DNA from: Octopus vulgaris | Lineage: Eukaryota | Length of the DNA stretch: 64,000 nt | NCBI GenBank assembly: GCA_951406725.2 | Contig: OX597840.1 | Span: 15,500,001 to 15,564,000, forward strand | Direction of reading: 5' to 3' | In this document: piece by piece, positions 53,833 to 64,000 of the stretch | Layout: the number at the start of each line of letters is the position of its first letter | Position numbering within the stretch: position 1 is the first letter of the stretch | Program-made: the position numbers and the translations under genes | The notes under the pieces: model-generated | What the model was told of the DNA's origin: nothing | Seen by the model: the letters and a program-made list of their open reading frames with translations, nothing else | The model's database searches: none

Positions 53833-54480
53833 TATACACATATATATTATGTGTATGTGTGTATATATATATATATATATATGTATGTATATGTAGGAGA
53901 TATATACCTTGTCCACCACCATCACCTTGCTAATTCTTCTGTCACTGCATTCTCATCTATTCCCCTTCTTGGACATTCTACCCTCAGAGTCCATTCTAAT
54001 GCCTCATCACCTCCCTAATTATCTCCCATAGTGGAACCACTCCAACCACACCATCTTTATAAAAGGTGATGTAGCTATGAACCTCCTCTAGAACATGTCA
54101 CCTGTCCCTATTCACCGGTGGTGGTGGTGATGATGGTGATGATGATGATGATGATTGTGTGTGTGTGGAGTGAAATCGGTCGATACAGTAAGAATATGGG
54201 ATTTGTTGATGCATTGTAGAGTGAACATTGTAACAATTTGTTTTCCATGCTTAAGGAGAACAAGGAGAATATTTTAGTGAACATTACATTGGTGTTGGAG
54301 TTTTTATGCTGTTTAGTGCACATACATACATGCTTACATGCACTCACACGCCCAAAAATATATAGATATACATACATACATCAATATATATATATATACA
54401 TATACATATCACATATATATGTACACAGATACACATATATATACATATGTACATATATATGAACACATGTTTATAAGTGC

Positions 54481-54518
<38 letters not shown>

Positions 54519-54581
54519 TGTTTTGTCTGGGGAGAGATGCCTTAGAGTATGGTTCATTTTTCAGATTTATGTTTTTACAGA

Positions 54582-54628
<47 letters not shown>

Positions 54629-57077
54629 AATATGTCTCTGTGTTTATATATATGTATATATATAGATATATATGTATATATATGTGTGTGTGCATATTTA
54701 TATGTATGTATGTATATGTGTATGTATTTATATAAATATATATGTATTTATACATACACACACACACACACACACACATATTTATATAATGTCTATTTAT
54801 GTACTTGTGTAAATATTGTGGGTGTGTAAATATTTCTGTTTACATATATTCACACATGCACACATACATACACACGTGGTTATATATGTGCAAACAAGTA
54901 TGTGTATGCGTACCAGCAATTGTATCATTTTCAGAATAATGCATCTGCATCTACGTATGTGCATTTGTGTATACATCTGTTTATATATGTGTATAGATTG
55001 ATTTTTTTTACTTTTTATATAGTTTTGCTATAAATGGAAAAGAATGGAAAACATTCTCCCCCGACACCTCTGTCTGTTAGACAAGATGTCAATATTTAGT
55101 ATGGTAGATTTGATAAATGGTATTCTAAAGCTTTGATATATATATGCAGATATCAATGCAATTATCAATAATATATTTATTGCATTTATTGTACAATTAG
55201 AAAATCTTGTTTTGACTTTTCCCCTCTTTCTATTTATTTTTCATAACTATTTATACTTTCATGGTTTGTTGGGCCTACATTAGATTAGCTGCGAAAGGAG
55301 AGAATCCAAACATTCTGATCTTTCAACCTTACAATTAACATAGAAACGAACTTAACAACAGTTTATTTTAGCAGATCTCACATTAGGTTTAAGCTTTTGC
55401 TTATATAAGCCTTTAGGAAGCTTTACAAAAAAAGCTTTCATAAATATTGAATCATACCAACCCACTTTAGTTTTCAGAAACCTCATAAATAATATCAGTA
55501 GGATTTTGAGTGCATCTGCTAGTAAGATACACACACACACACATAGGCACACACACACACATATATATATAAAGGCTGGTTCAAAGTTTAAATCTACATT
55601 TTCAATTCGATTTGGTATTTACAAAATCTACAGTATCCTACCAATATCTGATATCTTCGTGTGAACCCTATGTTACTGTACCTAACTATTTCTGGCATCA
55701 TATGTATTATGCCTAGATTCTATTGAATCCTATAAATAATATATATATATATATATATATTTAATAATATCAGGGTAATAAAGATTTTAGAAATTTTTAC
55801 TACCAGTGGCCTAGTGTATAGAAAAATTAGTCAATAGACTATATAGTATTTATAGTATTCATATAAAATACAGTGTACATTTAAACACATTCAGAGGTTT
55901 ATCCCTAATTAGTGGTTTGAACTTTAGCTGTTCCTTCTAGCATAAGGGGGTCCTATGATGGAAACCTTAATGTGTTTAATGTGTACACTGTATTTTATAG
56001 ATATATATATATATAACAACCATGCTGGGGGTACATAAAGAGCACCTTAGGAGCACTGGGCCTCATGGGGGTAATAACAAATGACCAAGACTTTTGGCAA
56101 TATGCTTCGCTTAAGAAGGAAGATCCATCAAGTCAAGTGAAATTGTAATCATGGCAGATCCTGGTGTCGCACAACTGGTGCCTGTCCCAGTGGTGCATAA
56201 AAGCACTTGTTACACTCTTGGAGTGGTTAGCATTAGGAAGGGCATCCAGCCATAGAAACTATGCCAAATCAGACTGGAAGTCTGATGCAGCCCCTCAACT
56301 TACCAGTCCTAGTCAAACCATCCCACCCATGGACAACGGATGCGAAATGATAATGATGATAATAATGTGGATGATGATGATATATATGAAACCAAGTAAT
56401 TGGGTGGCCATTTGTCCTTTTGTTTTGCTTTTCATACTACAGGGTATTAAAAAAAATTCACTCTAGTTTAATCACCAATGGTTAGACCATACAACAGACT
56501 ATGCCCAACATGTGCTATGGGGTTACATTTTACCTGTAGCACATAAGAGTAATCTGTCAGCAGCAGCACAGCACTAACACCACCACCACCACTACTACCA
56601 CCAGCAGAAGCAGTAATCTGACTGATAGACAGTCAGTCAAACAGGCAGATAGGGCAGGCAGGTAGGCAGAAAGAGAGAGGTTGCTGTTTTGAATGAGATA
56701 GCTTAACAGTTAGCTGTTGCTTAGAACATGTAAATCCATTTTTTTTATCCAACTTCCAATCCGGTATGAAACATAATTTGTCTTCAGAGGTTCTTTTAGT
56801 ATTATATGCATCTTACATTGTAAAAGAAAAGCTGATTTCTGTCTGTCTGCCCATAACAACATCTGTGTATAGAGGCAGGAGAAGGGGAGGAGAAACCGTC
56901 ATTGATGAGAAAGAAATACAGTAAGAGACAGCCAGACATTGTGCATAAAAGATAGATAAATAGATAGTGTTGTCACCTTAGTAACTAACAAGTTTTGATT
57001 AAAAACGCAGGAATTTTAAGTGCAAGTCTGTCAACATAACATAAACTTCAAAACAAAAACTACATATATATACTCTT

Positions 57078-57470
57078 TACTCTACTCTTTTACTTGTTTC
57101 AGTCATTTGACTGCGGCCATGCTGGAGCACCGCCTTTAGTCGAGCAAATCGACCCCGGCACTTATTCTTTGTAAGCCCAGTACTTATTCTCTCGGTCTCT
57201 TTTGCCGAACCGCTAATTGACAGGGACGTAAACACACCAGCATCGGTTGTCAAGCAATGCTAGGGGGACAAACTCAGACACACAAACATATACACACACA
57301 CACTTATATATATATACATATATACAACAGGCTTCTTTCAGTTTCCGTCTACCAAATCCACTCACAAGGCATTGGTCAGCCCGGGGCTATAGCAGAAGAC
57401 ACTTGCCCAAGATGCCACACAGTGGGACTGAACCCGGAACCATGTGGTTGGTTAGCAAGCTACTCACATA
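57078..57470 (-). mobile_element. SINE family A
   Basis: Full reverse copy. A second, + strand copy follows at 57592-57975. Confidence 0.85.
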
Positions 57471-58419
57471 TATATATATGATATATATGATATATATTGT
57501 TATTGTTTTATGGTCGTTTGTGTGTGTACGTGTTTCTGTGTCTTTCAGTATATAGACAATGCAACACAGACTTTAAAAGAAGACTTTCACTTTGGCTGTG
57601 TGGTAAGAAGCTTGCTTCCCAACTACATGATTCTTAGTTCAGTCCCACTGCATAGCATCTTGGGCAGGTGTCTTCCTCTTTAGCCTCAGACCAACCAAAG
57701 CCTTGTGAGTGGATTTGGTAGATGGAAACTGAAAAAAGACCGTCGTATAAATGTGTGTGTGTGTTTATGTATATGCGTTTGTACCCCCTACCGCCACTTG
57801 ACAACCAATGTTGGTGTGCTTACGCCCCCTAAACTTAGCAGTTCAACAAAAGAAACTGGTAGAATAAGTAGAATAAGACAACAAATAAGTCCTGAGGCCG
57901 ATTTATTCAACTAAAGGCAGTGCTCCAGCATGGCTGCAATCAAATGACTGAAACAAGTAAAAGAATAAAAGAATATATGCATGATTAACTTACATGTTTG
58001 CCAGCAGCCTAGCAATGGGTAAGAATCTAGTTTGACTAAATTACAGGGTCTATAGCTGAGAGCAGAATAAAACAGGTAACGTTTTATTATAATATCATAA
58101 ATTTGTGATATTATAAAGGGTTTAACTGAATCTTCTGCTTTGTCTTATTAAAAAATGTAAAAAGCACCATTCAAGCGAGGTTGATGCCAATGCTGCCTGA
58201 CTAGCCCTCATGCTCGTGGCACATAAAAAGCACCCACTACACTCTTGGTGCGGTTGGTGTTAGGAAGGGCATCCAGCTTGCCTGATCGGATTGGAGCCTG
58301 GTGCAGCCTTCTGGCATGAAGTCCTCAGTCAAACCGTCCAATCCATGTCAGCATGGAAAGTGGATGTTAAATGACGACGATGATGATGATGATGACATAT
58401 ATTATATATAGTTATATAA

Positions 58420-59052
58420 TTTTGCCCGTCCAAGTCCTCGCTCTCTCCTCTATCAACTCTCTCCTATCAACCTTCGCGTATTCGCGGTGCGTCCGCCCTT
58501 GCCCACCCCCACCACCAATACCGGATATCTCTATATTTTGCTCCATCTATACCAGATGTCGCTTCTCCCACCACCATTATAGGTGTCTACTCCCCGAACC
58601 CCCCTCTTCAATACGCTATTTCACCATGCATTACCCCTCTCGTGATATCCTACGTTCTACTTGTCTAGAACCTGTCATCGTTTCTCCGAACACCCCTCCC
58701 CACTGGTGCTCCCCTATATTCCTGCACCCTCCCCCACATAAAAAAAAGCACCATCCGAACGTGGCCGATGCCAGCACCGCCCCGACTGGCTTCTGTGCAG
58801 GTGGCACATAAAAAGCACCAACCGACCGTGGCCGATGCCAGACCCCTCTGGCACCCGTGCAGGTGGTACGTAAAAAGCACCCACTACACTCGCGGAGTGG
58901 TTGGCGTTAGGAAGGGCATCCAGCTGTAGAAACACTGCCAGACCAGACTGGAGCCTGGGGCAGCCCCTGGCTCCCCAGACCCCGGTCGAACCGTCCAACC
59001 CGTGCTAGCGCGGAAAACGGACGTTAAACGATGATGATGATGATGATGATGA
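58420..59052 (+). mobile_element. RTE-LINE 3' UTR (young subfamily)
   Basis: CpG-rich, ends GACGTTAAAC(GAT)n; matches 29443-29960. Confidence 0.8.
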
Positions 59053-60299
59053 TATACACACGTGTGTGTGATAGTGTGTGTGATAGTGTGTATATATATA
59101 TACATTCACATACACACATGTTACTTCAGTTACTGAATCCCCTCAACAAGACCCCCTGCACCCCACTCTTGTTCTTTGCATTTGTGTTTGGTAATCATGA
59201 GCTTTCATGATTCTGAGAGGTCCACTTCTGATGTGGTCTGGGGTTTGGTAAAATTTGTTTTGGTAAAATGCCAGTAATACATAATTTTTATACAACACAC
59301 ACACACACACATATATATGCATATATATACATATACATGCATATATATACATACATACATATATATATACATGTATATGTATATATATAAATATGCACAC
59401 ACACACTCACATATATATATACATATATATATATATCTATACAAAAATACACATTGTATATATGGATACACACACATATACAATATCAATAATAATTTAT
59501 AAATATATATTCGTTCTGTTTCTATGTTTTCTATGCACTCATCCATCCTTACATTTTACACACTTGTTGTAAAGCTGTCTACAAAGTCAATTAGTATATA
59601 TATATCTCAGCGCATACATACATGTGTGTACATGACTCTGTGTATGCATGCATGTGTATTTGTGTGTGCGTGTATGTATGTGTGTATGAGTCGTTATCAG
59701 GATAATTAGTATGACAATGATTGAGTTATTAATCTCATCTTTTATGCATATTTCTGTTTCCCTCCATATTTTAGATTAATCTAATTAAATCCCTCCACCC
59801 TTGCCGTCCCCACCACACATATGATGTGATAATTCTTTCTGGAAAATACTAGAATGGCTGCCAACATAGAAGTTTCATTATTGTCATTTAGTTTCTCATA
59901 AGCCCTGATCTAACATACCTCTGATCAAAAACATGCCACACATGACCATCCCATCTTCTAGGATTAAATTTCCCTTGATGTCTTCCATTGTTTTAATGTT
60001 AGCTGCCCTACCTATGAGGTGGTTAGCTAGTAGAGTTGTTAGCATGCCTGACAAAATGCTTGGTAGCATTTCCTCTGAAACTTTACATTGTGAGTTCAAA
60101 TCCTGCTGAGGTCAACTTTGCCTTTCATCCTTTTAGGGTCAATAAAATAAAGTACAAATTAAGCAATGGATCCAGTGTACTTGTACTTGCAGAGGCATTT
60201 GTGCAGGGTAGGCTCAGCCAGCTCCGAGTTCACCACATCCCTCACAAATGCTGATCACATTCAGTGGTCAGCCACTGTTGAGACTGTAGTGGACACCTG

Positions 60300-60490
60300 T
60301 CCTGTTTCCCCTAATGAAGACCATAGACACAGGATCCTGACTGTACTTCCACAACTGTTTTTACTATGACACCCACTCCTGGTTCCCCTACAGAAGGCCA
60401 TAGACACAGGGTCCCAACTGTGGTTCCACATTCACCTTTTCTATGACATTCCTGATTCCCCAAATAAAGACCATAGACACAGGGGCCCAT
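60300..60490. repeat. Diverged ~75-bp tandem repeat, ~2.5 copies
   Basis: CCATAGACACAGG at 60321, 60398 and 60471. Confidence 0.65.
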
Positions 60491-61741
60491 CCATGCTGCC
60501 ATGACCTCCTTTACCATCGCCAGCCATGTTTTCAGTTGCCCTCCAGCTCATTTGCACCTGCCTGAAAAGTGGGGTTGGGGCCAGGTTGACTGCCTTGAGA
60601 ATGAATTCTCCCAGAGGCTGACAGAGAGTATGGCCAAGACACCTGATATGTCTTGTGAGTAGAGCTTGTTGAAGAGAGTTGATGCAACAGTGTTGTCATA
60701 TTTTGGGGACCAAAATGAAGTCCAATGAGCGAACATGCAGAATTCAACACTGGGGTCAATGTTATTCAATGTTATTTATTAGCCCTATCTTCCAAAATTT
60801 CAGGTTTTATAGTAAAAAGGGTTATTATTAAGATAATGTTGTTGTTGTTGTTTAACCTAAAGTCAGTTCTGGTCCAACAGAGCTATGATCAAAAGTGGTC
60901 CAGCTATGGCCATCACACCTTTTTCTTAAGACATATTGTATCTCTTAATACATTATTCAATGTGTCCATCTTCTTTTAAAGAAGTAGGAAATGGTTTGAT
61001 GGTGAGGTGATTTAACTACCATTTCCAGCAAGTCAGAGCAATCCTAGCACATAGTTTTTAAGCCTTGAACTGTTAAGTTATATAAACAAACCAAAACCAG
61101 TTACCAAGCAGTGGTGGAAGAAAAACACAGAATCACACATGCAAATACACACACACACACACACACATACCCTATGTGATCCAGGGAAGATGGTTTTGTA
61201 ATTTCTTGCTGAGCATCTTTCACAAACGATTTGTTTATAGTGATCAAGCATGTGTATGTACATGCTGTATATTAACCCACTCCCTCCATCAAATCAATAG
61301 CCTTTTCTACTCTAGGCACAAGGCCCGAAATTTTTGGAGAGGGTGGGGCCAGTCGATTAGATCAACCCCAGTGCACAACTGGTACTTAATTTATCAACCC
61401 CAAAAGGGATGAAAGGCAAAGTCGACCTCAGTGGAATTTGAACTCAGAACGTAGCAAGAGGCAAAATACTACTAAGTATTTCATCCAGCGTGCATCAAAT
61501 CAGTATTGCCGACACAGAGGCACAGTGTGCCATTTGTCAGAGCTGATCATGGAAGAACATGAGATAAAGTGTTTTGCTCAAGAACACAGTGCACCACCTA
61601 CTCTGAGAATTGAACCCATGATGGTGAGTGCAGTACCCTAATTAGGTTATATTATTAATAATATAACCTAATTAGGTTATATTATTAATAATTAATATTC
61701 ATTAGCATGCCAGGCAAAATGTTTAGTGGTATTTCATCCAT

Positions 61742-62160
61742 ACTCTTTTACTTGTTTCAATCATGTGACTGTGGCCATGCTGGAGCACCACCTTTAGTCG
61801 AGCAAATCACCCCCAGGACTTATTCTTTGTAAGCCTAGTACTTATTCTATCGGTCTCTTTTGCCGAACCACTAAGTTACGGAGATGTAGACACACCAGCA
61901 TCAGTTGTCAAACGATGTTGGGGGGGACAAACACAGACACACAAACATATACATGCACACATACATACATATATATATATATATTTATACATATATACGA
62001 TGGGCTTCTTTCAGTTTCCGTCTACCAAATCCACTCACAAGGCTTTGGTCAGCCCGAGGCTATAGTAGAAGACATTTGCCCAAGGTGCCACGCAGAGGGA
62101 CTGAACCCGGAACCATGTGGTTGGTAAGCAAGCTAGTTACCACACAGCCACTCCTACGCC
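61742..62160 (-). mobile_element. SINE family A
   Basis: Full reverse copy. Confidence 0.85.
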
Positions 62161-64000
62161 TTTAAAAATTGATTTGCTATTATTACTATACAGGTCACTG
62201 CCTGGAATTGAACTCGGAATCTTGGGGTTAGTAGCTTGCGCTTTTAACCACTACGCCATATGCCTGTGGGAGTTCAAATTCTGCCAAGGTCGACTTTGTC
62301 TTTCATCCTTCCAAGGTCTATAAAACAAGTACCAATTGAATGCTGGGCCTGATGTAATCGAATTACCCACTCTCCCACCCTCGTGTCAAAATTTGAAATC
62401 ATTATTATAAATGAGTATAAAGCAGCAAGGTGGCAGAACTGTTAGAATGCTGGACAAATTGCTTTGCGACATTTCATTTGTCTTTACGTTCTGAGTTCAA
62501 ATTCTGCCGAGGTCAACTTTGCTTTTCATCCTTGCAGGGTCAATAAAGGTTGACTTTGCCTTTCATCCTTCCGGGGTCTATAAAACAAGGATGAAAGGCA
62601 AAGTCTACCTCAGTATTAAACATGGACCCCAGTATGACCCCAGAATGGACTCCAAGATGAAAGGGTCAATAAAGGTTGATTTTGCCTTTCATCCTGGGGT
62701 CATACTGGGTCCATATTGAATACTAAAGTTGACTTTGCCTTTCATCTTTCCGGTGTCTATAAAACAAGTACCAGTTGATTACTGGAATCAGTGTAATCAA
62801 TTCATCCCCTACCCCAAAATTGCTGTCTTTGTGGCAAAAAATTGAAACCATTATTATAAATTATTTCTGCAAAGTGGCAGAATCGTTAGCATGCCGGACA
62901 AATTACTTAGCAGCATTTCATCTGTTTTTCCATTCCAAGTTCAAATTCCATCCAAGGTCAACTTTTGGGTCGATAAAATAAGTACCAGTTGTGTTACTGG
63001 GGACAATGTAATTGACTTACCCCGCCACCCTTGAAATTTTGCTGGCTTTTTGCCAAAATTTGAAGCTTGTGTTATTATAAATGTGAATGTATGTGCAAAT
63101 GGACTTAGGAATATGGGTCACGGGATGACTGGAAGAATCTGCTGACGTCTGGATCTTAAGATATTTGTGAAAACTAGGACAAGACAAGAGAAATAATGGA
63201 AAAACTATAAAAAAAAAAGAATAAATACAACAGGAAAAGACACCAGCATAAATGATGATGACGACGATGACAATGATGGTGGCGGAGCAGAGGTGGTGGT
63301 GGAAGAAGAAGAAGAAAAAGAAGACGATGAAAAATAAGACGAATTATATAAATGTAATATTTCCAAGAAAAATGTAAAGCAAATTCAAATAAAAAAAATA
63401 AATAAATAAACACAAGAGACAAATAAGTATAAAAGAAAAAAATTAAACAAATAAAAAAATAATAATAAAAGATCTGCAGAAACAGAAAAATCCACAATTT
63501 TCTATTTATAGACTTGAAAATCTCCAGATTAGCCAGTTGGTCGGTTGGTCGGTTGGTGGACAGATAGAAAAAATGCACTGGTTGGCTGACTGGCTGGTTG
63601 GTTTAGTTTGGTTATTGGTTGGTCAGTTGGTCAGTTATGTACCAATACTACGTACAAACAGTGCTGAGAGAGATAGACTTTTACGACCGATTTGTTGTTG
63701 TTGTCGTTATTTAAAACTAATGGCTAAATAAAGAACATCAGTTTCTGAACACTTTGCCTCCTCCATCACCACCACCATCATCATCATCATCACTGCCATC
63801 ACTACTATCATCACTGCCACCATCACCACTACAATCACCACCACCATCACCACCGCCACCATCACTGGCAGCTCCACCACCATCATGGAATGGATGTGGA
63901 ATGCTGAGACAAACATGGGATAGAAGTTGGTGATGATGAGGAGAAGGAGGAGGAAGAAGGAGGGGTGAGATGTGAGTCGAGGAAGTAAGTGGTGGGGGTG

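Overview
This is AT-rich, microsatellite-saturated eukaryotic DNA. The SINE/LINE repertoire resembles that of octopod cephalopods (inference). No host protein-coding gene can be supported, and nearly all listed ORFs are translations of simple repeats or SINEs. Recognisable content: a TIR-intact but decayed mariner (16149-17253); many 5'-truncated RTE-clade LINE 3' ends; a CR1-group RT fragment; a Penelope-like GIY-YIG remnant; several SINE families, often nested with TSDs; and mariner-, piggyBac-, pogo- and Mutator-like MITEs. The most notable signal is a set of short non-coding islands inside or beside (TA)n tracts that carry minimal type-I hammerhead ribozymes (HHRs) with different sequences. 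Well-formed motifs lie at 4482, 14276 (both strands), 29291, 30834 and 34078. Several islands are long fold-back palindromes whose apex sits at the ribozyme core. This suggests a diverse set of non-autonomous Penelope-like/retrozyme-type elements.
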